NCBI GenBank assembly: GCA_043811735.1
Contig: JBDRMW010000104.1
Coordinates: 1-47,719, forward strand
Source of the DNA: a bacterium
GTDB lineage: Bacteria; Elusimicrobiota; JBDRMW01
Length of the DNA: 47,719 nucleotides
Reading direction: 5' to 3'
The notes under the pieces are model-generated. The model worked only from the letters and a program-made list of their open reading frames with translations. It was not told the origin of the DNA and made no database searches. How positions within the stretch are numbered: the stretch's first letter is position 1; each line of letters starts with the position of its first letter. This document shows positions 16,997 through 27,701 of the stretch, piece by piece. A program made the translations under genes and the position numbers.

Positions 16997-17138
16997 AAAT
17001 TCGAAACATGAATATCGAAATTCGAAACAAAGTCAAAAGCGAAATAAAATGCATGGTTCAGCAAAATTGATGTGTTTGGAGTTTTGAAATTTTGTATTTC
17101 GAATTTGTTTCGAATTTCGGATTTAGTAGTTCGAATTT
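16997..17138. repeat. 35-bp imperfect inverted repeat built from heptamer-like units
   Basis: AAATTCGAAACATGAATATCGAAATTCGAAACAAA (16997-17031) and TTTGTTTCGAATTTCGGATTTAGTAGTTCGAATTT (17104-17138). Confidence 0.85.
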
Positions 17139-17191
17139 AAAAGACAGGGGTATGAGTAAAAATAAAAAGTGATTTATTAGAATTATAATAA

Positions 17192-17731
17192 ATGATAAAA
17201 ACGATAGTTAAGAAAGTGTTTATTGCGGGAAGTGTGGGGGTTGGGAAAACGACGTTGATTAAAGAGCTCATGCTCCAGCATAAGGATGTAGTTGGCGGAT
17301 TTTATACGGATGAAATTAAAGATGACGGCAGACGCCGGGGTTTTAAAATTGTTAGTTTAGACGGGCGGGAAGGCCTGTTTTCTTCAAAAGGAATGAAAAC
17401 TGCTCACAAATACGGCAAGTATGGTGTTGATCTGAGCGTGCTTGAAGCAATCGGTGTTTCAGCAATGCTTGATGCGTTGGCGCATAAAAAAATAGTCGTT
17501 GTTGATGAGATTGGAAGCATGGAGATCCTGTCGAAAAAATTTCATGAAACGCTTATGAAATGCCTTTTATCGGATATATATGTGTTAGCTACCATGCGGG
17601 TTAAATCCCAGCCTTTCAGTGATGATATAAAGCAGTTAGCCGATAAAAAAATATTTGTTTTAAACAGAGAAAATTTTGCGGATATTAAAAATCAAATCCG
17701 GGATTGGATAACACAATGTTTGAAAGAATAA
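17192..17731 (+). CDS. NTPase (THEP1/NTPase_1 family)
   Basis: GSVGVGKTT, GGFYTDEI..RRGFKI, GKYGVD, VVDEIGSME. Confidence 0.88.
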   Translation: MIKTIVKKVFIAGSVGVGKTTLIKELMLQHKDVVGGFYTDEIKDDGRRRGFKIVSLDGREGLFSSKGMKTAHKYGKYGVDLSVLEAIGVSAMLDALAHKKIVVVDEIGSMEILSKKFHETLMKCLLSDIYVLATMRVKSQPFSDDIKQLADKKIFVLNRENFADIKNQIRDWITQCLKE

Positions 17732-19089
17732 AAAATATTCATTTTGTAGGTATCGGCGGGTCAGGCATGTCCGGTATAGCGGAGGTTTTTTATAATTTAG
17801 GGTACAACGTATCAGGCTCAGATATGCAGAAAGGATCAATAACTAATCGGCTTAAAAAATTAGGGATCAAAATCTTTATTGGACATAATGCCCGGAATGT
17901 CAGAGGAGCGCATGTGGTCGTTACCTCAACGGCCATTCCACGGAATAATGGTGAAATTAAAGAAGCCCAAAAATCAGGTATCCCGGTCATTGCGCGTATA
18001 GAGATGCTGGCTGAGCTGGCACGGTTAAAATACACGGTTTCTGTTGCAGGCACTCATGGTAAAACAACAACCACTTCGATGGTTGCCTTTATCCTGCGGG
18101 AAGGAAAATTAGATCCGACTATTATCGTAGGAGGGATCATCAATAATATCGGCACCGGCGCACGCCTGGGAGACGGAGATTTTTTAATAGCTGAAGCTGA
18201 TGAAAGTGATGGATCGTTTTTGAAATTGTCCCCCACTATTGTGATCGTAACTAACATTGATGACGATCATGTCGATTATTACGGATCAATGAAAAATTTA
18301 ACCAGCGCCTTTGCTGAACATATCAATAAAATTCCGTTTTACGGAACGGCTATCGTAAACGGTGATGATCCGTACATAAAACGTATTATGCCCGGTATTA
18401 ACCGGAAGATGGTAACCTTTGGCATGAGTGCATCGAATGACTATCATCCGCGCATTATTGCACAAGAAGGTTATAAGACCACGTTCTCGGTAATGAAAAA
18501 AACAAAAAATTTCGGGAGTATTACCCTGCATGTTCCGGGTAAGCACAATGTACTTAACGCAATGGCCGCAGCCATCACCGGGCTTCAAGTCGGCGTCTCG
18601 TTCGGCAGTATCAAACGTGCATTTAGAGAGTTTGCCGGGGTTAAGCGAAGACTTGAAATAAAAGGTACGGTTAATGATATTCTGGTGATTGATGATTACG
18701 GCCATCATCCGACTGCAATAAAAGAAGTCTTAACTACCATTAAGCAGGCGTGGCCAAGGCGTCGGCTGGTTGTATTGTTTCAGCCGCACCGGTATACCCG
18801 GACCAAAGCATTATACCGTGAGTTCGCGATTGTTCTAAAGAATGCTGATGTGATTCGTTTATTGGATATTTATCCTGCCAGCGAGAAACCAATAAAAGGA
18901 GTTCATTCGTCGATGATCGTTGATTGGCTTAAAAAACGGGGAGTTGAATCTCATATGGTAAAATTTAACGATCCAGCGCTGAAGAGAAGTTTAAAACCAG
19001 GGGATATTTTTTTAAGCCTTGGTGCCGGAAATGTCTGGAAAGTGGGTGAATGGCTGCTTAAAAACAGGCAGGCTGTTAATAACGTATAA
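17716..19089 (+). CDS. murC: UDP-N-acetylmuramate--L-alanine ligase
   Basis: IHFVGIGGSGMSGIA, GTHGKTTTT, EADESDGSF, DDYGHHP, FQPHRYTRT. Confidence 0.97.
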   Translation: MFERIKNIHFVGIGGSGMSGIAEVFYNLGYNVSGSDMQKGSITNRLKKLGIKIFIGHNARNVRGAHVVVTSTAIPRNNGEIKEAQKSGIPVIARIEMLAELARLKYTVSVAGTHGKTTTTSMVAFILREGKLDPTIIVGGIINNIGTGARLGDGDFLIAEADESDGSFLKLSPTIVIVTNIDDDHVDYYGSMKNLTSAFAEHINKIPFYGTAIVNGDDPYIKRIMPGINRKMVTFGMSASNDYHPRIIAQEGYKTTFSVMKKTKNFGSITLHVPGKHNVLNAMAAAITGLQVGVSFGSIKRAFREFAGVKRRLEIKGTVNDILVIDDYGHHPTAIKEVLTTIKQAWPRRRLVVLFQPHRYTRTKALYREFAIVLKNADVIRLLDIYPASEKPIKGVHSSMIVDWLKKRGVESHMVKFNDPALKRSLKPGDIFLSLGAGNVWKVGEWLLKNRQAVNNV

Positions 19090-19199
19090 ATGCAGGAGTT
19101 TTAAGTAAAAAAATGTTTGAAAAATTAACATAATATTGCTAATATTAAGTTAACAATATTGGGGATAAATAGGCTACAGGATATCTTCTGGATACTTCG

Positions 19200-20132
19200 T
19201 TGGATTTAAAAAAATATTTTCGCAGGAAAAAGATTGCTGTTCTAATGGGAGGTTGGTCTGCTGAAAGGGAGATATCTCTTAAAACCGGCAAAGCAGTCAG
19301 CCGTGCATTGCATGAAGACGGGTTTTGCGTTGAAGAGATTATCTTGCGCAAAACTTGGCTGGCTGATTTAAAAAAAAGGAATGTAAGTTTTGTTTTTATT
19401 GCCCTGCATGGGCCGTATGGTGAAGATGGAACAGTCCAGGGATTATTGGATGCAGCGGGTATTCCGTATTCCGGCCCCGGAGTCTCTGCAAGTGCAGTGA
19501 GCATGAACAAAGCTGCTGCCAAAGCGATTTGGGATGCAAAAAAGCTGGTAACTCCTGCCTGGTGGGAAGTGCACCAGGCATTGAATAAAAATGAAATTAA
19601 GTTCTTTGAAAATAAACTGCCGGTTGTTATAAAACCTAACTCTCAGGGTTCGGCTTTTGGCGTGTCGATTGTGCGGCATCTGCGGGAGATTCCAAAAGCG
19701 GTACAAGGGGCGCTTACATATGATACCTCGGTCCTTATTGAGAAATATATTTCCGGCACCGAAATTACCGTGGGAATTATCGGCAGAAAACCGTTGGAAG
19801 TCATAGAAATAAAACCTAAGGGAAGTTTTTATGATTTTAAATCAAAATATGAGATCGGCGGCAGCGATCATATTATCCCTGCTAACGTAAGCAAACGGGT
19901 GCGGGAAAAAGCTAAAAGAATCGCACTCAGCGCATACCAATCGCTTGGATGCGAAGTTATGGCGCGGATCGATATGATGGTAAACCGCCAAGAAAAGATA
20001 TTTTTGCTTGAATCTAATACGATTCCCGGCATGACCGAAACAAGCCTTCTGCCTGAAGCGGCGCGGTTTGAAGGGATGAGTTTCCTTAAGCTGGTTAAGA
20101 AAATTATTGAGCTGTCTTTGCAAAAAAAATGA
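19200..20132 (+). CDS. ddl: D-alanine--D-alanine ligase
   Basis: MGGWSAEREISL, LHGPYGEDGTVQG, FYDFKSKY, ESNTIPGMTETSLLP. Confidence 0.95.
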   Translation: MDLKKYFRRKKIAVLMGGWSAEREISLKTGKAVSRALHEDGFCVEEIILRKTWLADLKKRNVSFVFIALHGPYGEDGTVQGLLDAAGIPYSGPGVSASAVSMNKAAAKAIWDAKKLVTPAWWEVHQALNKNEIKFFENKLPVVIKPNSQGSAFGVSIVRHLREIPKAVQGALTYDTSVLIEKYISGTEITVGIIGRKPLEVIEIKPKGSFYDFKSKYEIGGSDHIIPANVSKRVREKAKRIALSAYQSLGCEVMARIDMMVNRQEKIFLLESNTIPGMTETSLLPEAARFEGMSFLKLVKKIIELSLQKK

Positions 20133-20953
20133 GCCGAAGAAAACAGCATGTGGTCCTCCGGAAGAAAAAAAGAATGCACCGCCGGAAAACAGCGAAGAAA
20201 TTTATTTTCGGAGTATTAATAGCAGCATGCACGGCCGGCGTTTTATATATTTTGTTTGATATGTCGTATGCGCTCTTTTTTTCATCGGCCTATTTTAAAA
20301 TACTAGAGATTGAGATCCAGGGGACCAGCACCGAAGAGACCGAGCAGATTAAAGAACGCTTAACTATTAAAGAAGGAGATAACATATTTGCTTTTCGAGC
20401 TAAAGATGTTGTCCATAAGCTGCAGGCTGCCCGGCCTGAGATAAAAGATGTTATTATAAAAAGGGAGCTGCCGCGCCGGGTGGTTCTTAACCTAACGCAT
20501 CGGGAGCCGATTGCGCTGATTGCTTACGGCAGCAAGATGTTCTGTGTTGACGAAGAAAATGTGATGTTCAGGCTGCCGATCCTGGATCAGAAACTGTATT
20601 TAAAAAAGATGTTTCTGCCTGAGGTCATCGCGGCGGGTGAGATTGAACGGAACGTTCTGATTAAGTTTTTAAAACTGCTTAAATCAATGGATCAGGGGCT
20701 CGGACAGGATATTTTAAAATTGCATACAGATATTCCTCTGGATATTATCTGTTATTTAAATGACGGGACCAAGATTGTATGGGGGGAGTTAAGCGAAGAC
20801 GATTTTAAAATTAAATATGACCGTATGTTGACGGTCTATATGGATGCAAAAAAAAAGTTTAATAAGATACGGTATTTAAATATGCGCTGCTGGGAAGACG
20901 GACGGGTGTTGATCCGGCCCCGCGGCATAGACAGTGATGAGGAACAATATTAA
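20129..20953 (+). CDS. ftsQ: Cell division protein FtsQ/DivIB
   Basis: Basic N-terminus, one TM helix, POTRA-like region, located between ddl and ftsA. Confidence 0.85.
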   Translation: MSRRKQHVVLRKKKRMHRRKTAKKFIFGVLIAACTAGVLYILFDMSYALFFSSAYFKILEIEIQGTSTEETEQIKERLTIKEGDNIFAFRAKDVVHKLQAARPEIKDVIIKRELPRRVVLNLTHREPIALIAYGSKMFCVDEENVMFRLPILDQKLYLKKMFLPEVIAAGEIERNVLIKFLKLLKSMDQGLGQDILKLHTDIPLDIICYLNDGTKIVWGELSEDDFKIKYDRMLTVYMDAKKKFNKIRYLNMRCWEDGRVLIRPRGIDSDEEQY

Positions 20954-20973
20954 GAATGTAAGGGGAGGACGTT

Positions 20974-22206
20974 ATGCCGAAGAATGATATAGTAGCTGCG
21001 TTGGACATGGGTAGTTCGCAGATTTCATGTGCGATTGGAAGGCGCGATGAGGTGTCAGGCGAACTTAACGTGCTGGGTGCCGGTTTTTTACCCTGCCGGG
21101 GACTGCGCGGAGGAGTGGTTATTAATATTAATGAAACCGCACATGCGGTTTCTAAAGTTATTGAACAGGCGGAAGAAATGGCACGGGAGTCCATTCAATC
21201 ATTATATATCGGTATACGCGGCCATCATCTGCAGGCATTTAATCATCATGGGGCATTGAATATTGCGCGTACTGATAAGGAAATAACGCCGGAAGACGTC
21301 TCTCTGGTAATTGAAAATGCAAAAGCTATCCCGATTTCATCTGATCGGGAAATTATTCATACCCTGCCCCAGGAGTTTGCATTAGACCGGCAAACCGGGG
21401 TGCCTGATCCCATCGGGATGGAAGGATCTCTCTTGGAAGTTGATGTGCATCTGGTAACCGCATCCAGTTCGCATCTAAACAATATTTGGAAAGCGATTAA
21501 TCGGGCGGGATTTAAAATTGTTGAGCCGATCTCAAGTTTGTTGGCGGTAGGCGATGTCGTGATCAGCCCTGAAGAACGGGAACTGGGATGTTTGTTATTA
21601 GATATGGGCGGTCAATCAATTTTGATCGGGATTTATTCTGAAGGAAGTATTCGGTATGCACGCGAGATTCCTATCGGCAGTGATTTTATAACCAAAGATA
21701 TTTCGTATGGACTGCGCACGTCCTTAATCACGGCTAAAAATATTAAAGAAAAATACGGCGTGGCAATGCTGAGCTTTTTAAATGGTGATGAAGAAGATGT
21801 AGAATATACCAATGTTGACGGCCGGACCGTTAATAAGATCAGACGAAGCACTCTGGTTGAAGTTATTCAACCGCGTGTTGAGGAAATTTTTAATTTAATT
21901 AATGATGAGATTAAAAATTCAGGATATATTGATTATATTGCACCGGGCGGGATTGTGATGACCGGCGGCGGCGCCAAACTGCAGGGCATGGTTGCAGCAG
22001 CCGAGCAGGTGCTGGGACTGCCCACCCGGTTAGGTATGACCCAGGGCATACATGGCCATGAATCAGTAATCGGAGATTTAACGTATGCAACCGTATTAGG
22101 CCTCTTGAATTTTCAAGGGATGAATGAATGGTCAAAAAATAGACGGGCATTACGGAAACAGCCTTTTTGGAAAAAAGCAGCCAGTATTTTTGAAGAAATA
22201 TTTTAA
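20974..22206 (+). CDS. ftsA: Cell division protein FtsA
   Basis: ALDMGSS, DPIGMEG, LLDMGG, MTGGGAKL, C-terminal amphipathic helix. Confidence 0.97.
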   Translation: MPKNDIVAALDMGSSQISCAIGRRDEVSGELNVLGAGFLPCRGLRGGVVININETAHAVSKVIEQAEEMARESIQSLYIGIRGHHLQAFNHHGALNIARTDKEITPEDVSLVIENAKAIPISSDREIIHTLPQEFALDRQTGVPDPIGMEGSLLEVDVHLVTASSSHLNNIWKAINRAGFKIVEPISSLLAVGDVVISPEERELGCLLLDMGGQSILIGIYSEGSIRYAREIPIGSDFITKDISYGLRTSLITAKNIKEKYGVAMLSFLNGDEEDVEYTNVDGRTVNKIRRSTLVEVIQPRVEEIFNLINDEIKNSGYIDYIAPGGIVMTGGGAKLQGMVAAAEQVLGLPTRLGMTQGIHGHESVIGDLTYATVLGLLNFQGMNEWSKNRRALRKQPFWKKAASIFEEIF

Positions 22207-22296
22207 TAAGACAATTTAAAATTTAAGATTTAAAATCTAACATTACAGTTAACAGCATGACCGCAGCATAAAATATTTTTAAATGAGGTATATTGT

Positions 22297-23427
22297 ATGG
22301 TAAGAATACGATTTGTTGAAAGTTTTAAAGAGCAGCCGGCTAATATTAAAGTAGTCGGTGTGGGCGGCGGCGGCGGAAATGCGGTAAACCGCATGATCGA
22401 TTCGGGTATCCGCGGTGTTGAATTTATTGTTATCAACAGTGATGCGCAGGATTTACGGCGGAATAAAGCGCCGATGAAAATACAGATCGGCGATAAAATG
22501 ACCAGGGGCTTAGGTGTCGGCGGTGATCCCCAAAAAGGCAGCCAGGCAGCAATTGAAAGCAAGGATGCAATTAAAGAAGCTATTCTTGGTGCTGATATGG
22601 TATTTATTACCTCCGGCATGGGCGGCGGTACCGGTACGGGAGCAGCTCCGGTTATTGCCGAGGTTGCTAAAGAATGCGGTATTTTAACGGTTGGTATTGT
22701 AACGCGTCCGTTTGAGTTTGAAGGGAAAGTCAGAGCCCGGCAGGCTGAACAGGGTGTTAAATCATTACGATCATTTACTGATACATTACTGGTAATACCT
22801 AATGAACGGTTATTTTCTATTATTAATGAAAAAACTTCGTCTTATGAAGCGTTCCGCATTGCTGATGATGTGCTTCGGCAGGGTGTTCAATCGATTACGG
22901 ATGTGATCACAACTGCCGGTGAGATTAATGTTGATTTTGCTGATGTGCGTTCTATCATGACCGGTGCCGGAGAAGCATTGATGGGCATCGGTGAAGGTGA
23001 AGGGTTGGATAGGGCGGTTCATGCGGCACGGCAGTCTATATCGAGCCCGTTGCTTGAGAATGTCTCTATTGCCGGCGCGCGCGGGGTGCTGGTTAATATT
23101 TCAGGCGGAAGAGATATAACCTTGTATGAGATTAAAGAAGCAATGTCCCTGATACATGCAACGGCATCTCCTGAATCGCATGTGTTCTACGGGCAGTCTA
23201 TTGATGAAACAATAAATGATAAAATACGCATCACGGTAATTGCAACCGGTTTCCCTCCCCAGAAACCCCGCCGGATTGATACGAGTTCATCACAGAAATT
23301 TCATGACCGGGTTAATCGTAAAGAACCGGCAATGGCGGGGGTAAGTAATCCTGCATTTGATCAGCTGCAGGATTCAGACCTCGACCGTCCGGCTTATTTG
23401 CGCATGAAATGCAAAAAATTAAAATAA
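22297..23427 (+). CDS. ftsZ: Cell division protein FtsZ
   Basis: [35 protein letters not shown]-terminal LDRPAYLR. Confidence 0.98.
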   Translation: MVRIRFVESFKEQPANIKVVGVGGGGGNAVNRMIDSGIRGVEFIVINSDAQDLRRNKAPMKIQIGDKMTRGLGVGGDPQKGSQAAIESKDAIKEAILGADMVFITSGMGGGTGTGAAPVIAEVAKECGILTVGIVTRPFEFEGKVRARQAEQGVKSLRSFTDTLLVIPNERLFSIINEKTSSYEAFRIADDVLRQGVQSITDVITTAGEINVDFADVRSIMTGAGEALMGIGEGEGLDRAVHAARQSISSPLLENVSIAGARGVLVNISGGRDITLYEIKEAMSLIHATASPESHVFYGQSIDETINDKIRITVIATGFPPQKPRRIDTSSSQKFHDRVNRKEPAMAGVSNPAFDQLQDSDLDRPAYLRMKCKKLK

Positions 23428-23455
23428 AATTAATTACATTATTTTTGGAGGATCA

Positions 23456-24550
23456 ATGGATCTAAACAAATTATTGGAAACAATGGTGCAGAAAAAATCA
23501 TCCGACCTGCATATCAGGGCAGGTTTGCCGCCGGTTGCCCGTATTGACGGACAGCTTGTCCCGTTGGATCATCCGAAAGTAACACCTAAAGAATCATCCG
23601 AGGTGGTGTTTCATCTGATGAATGAACGTCTGCGGAAAGAATTTGAAGAACGATTAGAATGTGATCTGTCATGCAGTCTGGCTGGACTCGGCAGATTCAG
23701 AATTAATGTGTATCGGCAGCGGGGATCAGTTAATATGGCTATTCGGCATGTGCCTGATAAAATCAAGAATTTTCAGGAGTTAAAACTTCCCCCCGTTATT
23801 CAGGCATTGTCTGATAATTCACGGGGATTGGTCTTGGTGACCGGCACCACCGGATGCGGTAAAAGTGCAACGCTTGCGGCAATGATTGATTATATTAATG
23901 AAACGCGCTCAACACATGTGGTAACCATAGAAGATCCGATTGAATATTTGTTTAAAGATAAAAAATCCATTATCAGCCAGCGTGAGTTAGGATTTGATAC
24001 CAGAAACTATTTGGAGGCATTAAAACATGTCGTCCGGCAGGATCCGGATGTTATTCTCTTAGGTGAGATGCGCGATCTGGAAACAACAGCCGCCGCAATC
24101 ACGGCAGCTCAGACCGGACATTTGGTTTTATCAACCATTCATACGGTAAATGCGACACAGACGGTCTCGCGCATTGTCGATCTTTTTCCGCCGCATCAGC
24201 AGCCGCAGATACGGTTTCAATTATCAGATACCTTAAAAGGAGTTGTTTCCCAACGGCTTCTGCCGAGCTCGTCGGGTTCAGGCAGAGTGCCTGCGGTTGA
24301 GATTCTGGTGGTAACCGCATTGGTGCGTAAACATATTGAAGAGAACAATCTTGCAGAAATCAGCAGTCTTATGAAACAGGGTTCATATTACGGGATGCAG
24401 ACATTTAACCAGGCATTGCTTACCCTGTATAATAACGGAGAAGTAACGCTTGAAGATGCATTAGCAACCGCATCAAATCCCGAAGAATTAATGCTTGCTA
24501 TTCGGGGGATTGAATCCGGAAGTGCTGGTGCTGACAAGATGTATGAATAA
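23456..24550 (+). CDS. pilT: PilT/PilU-family type IV pilus retraction ATPase
   Basis: SDLH, GRFRINVY, TGTTGCGKS, TIEDPIE, RQDPDVILLGEMRD, TGHLVLSTIHT, GMQT. Confidence 0.88.
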   Translation: MDLNKLLETMVQKKSSDLHIRAGLPPVARIDGQLVPLDHPKVTPKESSEVVFHLMNERLRKEFEERLECDLSCSLAGLGRFRINVYRQRGSVNMAIRHVPDKIKNFQELKLPPVIQALSDNSRGLVLVTGTTGCGKSATLAAMIDYINETRSTHVVTIEDPIEYLFKDKKSIISQRELGFDTRNYLEALKHVVRQDPDVILLGEMRDLETTAAAITAAQTGHLVLSTIHTVNATQTVSRIVDLFPPHQQPQIRFQLSDTLKGVVSQRLLPSSSGSGRVPAVEILVVTALVRKHIEENNLAEISSLMKQGSYYGMQTFNQALLTLYNNGEVTLEDALATASNPEELMLAIRGIESGSAGADKMYE

Positions 24551-24635
24551 GGCAATTTAAAATTTAAAATTAAAAGTCAAAGTCATAAGGCATAAGGCAG
24601 TTTTATTTCAGCTTGAATGGTATTGGATTTATATT

Positions 24636-25319
24636 GTGTGGGTAAAGACCGGGGCATTATTTCAGGATACAAACTTTAATAAATCCAGCTGCTTAACACA
24701 GTTTACTACCAATCGTAGTCAAGGTAATTTTAAGGATGATGCTCTCCGTCGCCGATTCATGGCGGGATTCCCCTGGGAAGGATGGGCTATAGGCGAGCAG
24801 GTACACGGTACGAACATCGTGATAATCTCTAAGCCGTATCAGGGGGAACGGTTGTCCCTTAAGACAGATGGGTTTATAACGGGATGCAGATCAGTGGCAG
24901 TAGGGATTTTTACCGCTGATTGTGTGCCGGTTTTTTTTAACCATACGTATAAGAACATAGTTGGCATTGCACATGCAGGATGGAAAGGTGTTTATAACGG
25001 TATTGTCCCGCATATGATTGACCTGCTTACATCAACATGTGCATGTGATACAGCATCAATACAGGTTTCAATCGGACCTCATATGCGTTCATGCTGTTAT
25101 GAGGCGGGGAAAGATCTGGCGGATATATTTAAACTTAGCAAACATACAAAACTTGATTTAGAGAAAATAGTGATTCAGCAATTAACAGACAAAGGAATCC
25201 AGATAAAAAATATTTCATCTGCGCCATGGTGCACGGCGCATGAGACTGACCAATTTTATTCTTTTCGAAAGGAGAACGGCACTGAAAACCGAATGTTTTC
25301 AGTGATCGGAATGGTATGA
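24636..25319 (+). CDS. pgeF: Peptidoglycan editing factor / purine nucleoside phosphorylase (YfiH family)
   Basis: QVHG, TADCVPV, HAGWKG, IGPHMRSCCYE, CT...FYSFR. Confidence 0.9.
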   Translation: MWVKTGALFQDTNFNKSSCLTQFTTNRSQGNFKDDALRRRFMAGFPWEGWAIGEQVHGTNIVIISKPYQGERLSLKTDGFITGCRSVAVGIFTADCVPVFFNHTYKNIVGIAHAGWKGVYNGIVPHMIDLLTSTCACDTASIQVSIGPHMRSCCYEAGKDLADIFKLSKHTKLDLEKIVIQQLTDKGIQIKNISSAPWCTAHETDQFYSFRKENGTENRMFSVIGMV

Positions 25320-26380
25320 ATAAACTAAAACTTTTAAGAAAAAAAATTGATACGTATGATTCTAAGATCGTGCGGCTTCTTAATCTTCGTGCTCAGGCGG
25401 CGCTTAATATCGGCAAATTAAAGAAAAAGAGCGGAGGCAGTTTTTATCTGCCTCATCGTGAAAAAGAAGTCCTGCGCAAAGTAAAACGATTATCCTCGGT
25501 TCTTTCTCAGGATGCGGTGGCAGAAGTATATGATGAGATTTTAAACGTCTGCCGGAACCTGCAAAAGAAGCTGGTTATCGGTTACTTTGGCCCTGAAGCA
25601 ACATTCACGCATCAGGCTGCGCAAAAAAACTTCGGGATGCAGGCTGAATATTTTCCTGCACCTTCAATCAGTGAAGTATTCGAACTGGTTGAACGCGAAC
25701 AGGTTGATTACGGTGTAGTGCCGATTGAAAATTCAACAGAAGGTATTGTTACTCATACGCTCGATATGTTCCGTTCATCGGATTTAAAAATAGTCATGGA
25801 AATAAAACTGGCGGTTCATCATTGTTTATTGTCGAAATGCAGGAATGTGGCGAATATTAAAAGAATATATTCTCATCAGCATGCATTTCCTCAATGTTCG
25901 GGGTATATTAAACGGAACCTGCATACAGCTGAGTTTGTGGAGGTTTCATCCACCGCTGAAGCAGCAAAAAAAGCCAGCCAGGATGCGCACGGGGCGGCGA
26001 TCGCCTCTCAGTTAGCCGGCAAATTATATAAACTGCCGATTGTTGCCAAACGAATAGAAGATCTGCACAATAATGTTACGCGGTTTTTAGTTATCGGCAG
26101 AGATATTGCTCAAAGCACGGGACAGGATAAAACATCCATTCTTTTTGCCATTAAAGATCGTGTCGGCGCATTACACGATATTTTAAATCCGTTCAAGCGG
26201 ATGCATATAAATATGACGAAAATTGAATCACGGCCTGAAAAAGGCAAAGCATGGAATTATATTTTCTATGTTGATTTTGAAGGTCATATAAAACAGGAGA
26301 AGATACGAAAACTTATTAAAACTATTGATGATTACTGTAAATTCGTCAAGATTCTAGGATCATATCCGATGGCTGAATAA
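25316..26380 (+). CDS. pheA: Chorismate mutase/prephenate dehydratase
   Basis: LRKKIDTYD (CM domain), GPEATFTH, PIENSTEG, NVTRFL, TKIESRP (ACT domain). Confidence 0.96.
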   Translation: MNKLKLLRKKIDTYDSKIVRLLNLRAQAALNIGKLKKKSGGSFYLPHREKEVLRKVKRLSSVLSQDAVAEVYDEILNVCRNLQKKLVIGYFGPEATFTHQAAQKNFGMQAEYFPAPSISEVFELVEREQVDYGVVPIENSTEGIVTHTLDMFRSSDLKIVMEIKLAVHHCLLSKCRNVANIKRIYSHQHAFPQCSGYIKRNLHTAEFVEVSSTAEAAKKASQDAHGAAIASQLAGKLYKLPIVAKRIEDLHNNVTRFLVIGRDIAQSTGQDKTSILFAIKDRVGALHDILNPFKRMHINMTKIESRPEKGKAWNYIFYVDFEGHIKQEKIRKLIKTIDDYCKFVKILGSYPMAE

Positions 26381-26469
26381 GGCAATTTAAGATTTAAAAT
26401 TTAAGATTTAACATTATAAAGTCAAAGGCAACTTCAGCTTCAATGTCTTTTCATGGGCCGGGGTAATTT

Positions 26470-27570
26470 ATGAACACTGCAAAACTTGTGAGATCCTGTG
26501 TAAAAAAATTTAAACCGTATGTGCCGGGTAAGCCTATTGAGGAATTAAAACGCGAGCTTAAACTGAAAAAAACAGTTAAACTTGCGTCTAATGAAAACCC
26601 GTTGGGCCCTTCGGGCCGTGCCGTTACGGCGATGAAGAAAGCCGCATCCGCGGTTTTCCTCTATCCCGATGGCAGCAGCCGAGAACTGCGTGAAGCGCTT
26701 GCCAAAAAACACCGGGTTTCAGTTAATCAGGTCATTCTGGGAAGCGGAACGGATGAGATTATTGAGATTATCGGCAAGACATTTTTTAAACAAGGCGATA
26801 ATATAGTGGTCTCAAAGCATGCCTTTATCCGGTATAAAATGGCAGGGGATTTGATGCAGATAAAAGTAAAAGAAGTCCCGATGAAAAATTATACGCATGA
26901 TGTTGAGCGTATGCGCAAAGCCATTGATTCAAAGACCGTTGCAGTCTTTATTGCTAATCCGAATAATCCGACGGGAACGTATATTGCTGACAAAGAATTA
27001 TTAAACTTTATCACACACGTTCCCCGGCGGGTGCTTATAGTCTTAGATGAAGCATATTTTGAGTATGCCTCAATTTATGCTGATTATCCAAATGGGATTT
27101 CTCTTTTTTTACGCGGTTTCTCGAATATTATTACCCTGCGGACATTTTCCAAAATATATAGTCTGGCAGGGGCTCGTATAGGATACGGGATTGGGGACAG
27201 GGCAGTTATTGATCCGATGGATCGGATACGTCCGCCGTTTAATATTACCCGGCTCTCTCAGGCTGCGGCAATTGCCAGTTTACGCAGCAATGAATTAGTA
27301 ACACAATCGCTGGCGATGGTTTCTAAGGGGAAACAAGCGTTATATCGCGAACTTGATAAACGTTTGCTGCCGTATGTGCCGTCCGCAGGGAATTTTGTCT
27401 TAATTAAAGTTCCCGGCAGCGGTGCCGCGATATTTAAGAAGCTTCTTAAAAAAGGAGTTATTATCCGGGCGATGGATGAGTATGAACTTCCTGATTTTAT
27501 CAGGGTGACGATCGGAAAACCGGATGAAATGCGGTTTTTTATACGCGCATTAGATGCGGTTATGGGATAA
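26470..27570 (+). CDS. hisC: Histidinol-phosphate / aromatic aminotransferase
   Basis: YVPGKP, KLASNENP, NPNNPTG, DEAY, RTFSKIYSLAGARIGY. Confidence 0.94.
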   Translation: MNTAKLVRSCVKKFKPYVPGKPIEELKRELKLKKTVKLASNENPLGPSGRAVTAMKKAASAVFLYPDGSSRELREALAKKHRVSVNQVILGSGTDEIIEIIGKTFFKQGDNIVVSKHAFIRYKMAGDLMQIKVKEVPMKNYTHDVERMRKAIDSKTVAVFIANPNNPTGTYIADKELLNFITHVPRRVLIVLDEAYFEYASIYADYPNGISLFLRGFSNIITLRTFSKIYSLAGARIGYGIGDRAVIDPMDRIRPPFNITRLSQAAAIASLRSNELVTQSLAMVSKGKQALYRELDKRLLPYVPSAGNFVLIKVPGSGAAIFKKLLKKGVIIRAMDEYELPDFIRVTIGKPDEMRFFIRALDAVMG

Positions 27571-27624
27571 GGCAGTTATGTTATGAATTATAAGTTATAA
27601 GTTATGAGTTAACGGCAGCGGCAT

Positions 27625-27655
27625 CCCGTACCATTCGCTTCGCTCAGGTACCGGG
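27625..27655. repeat. REP-like hairpin with a TTCGCTTCGCTCAG core
   Basis: CCCGTACC-ATTCGCTTCGCTCA-GGTACCGGG. Confidence 0.45.
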
Positions 27656-27701
27656 CGTGAGCATAAGGGATGAGATTTAAAGGGAAATGGGAGATGAATA
27701 A

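Noticed and set aside
16997-17138. Possible CRISPR array from recurring TTCGAAAC/TTCGAATTT
   Set aside because: The units are 7-9 nt and arranged as an inverted repeat, with no unique spacers.
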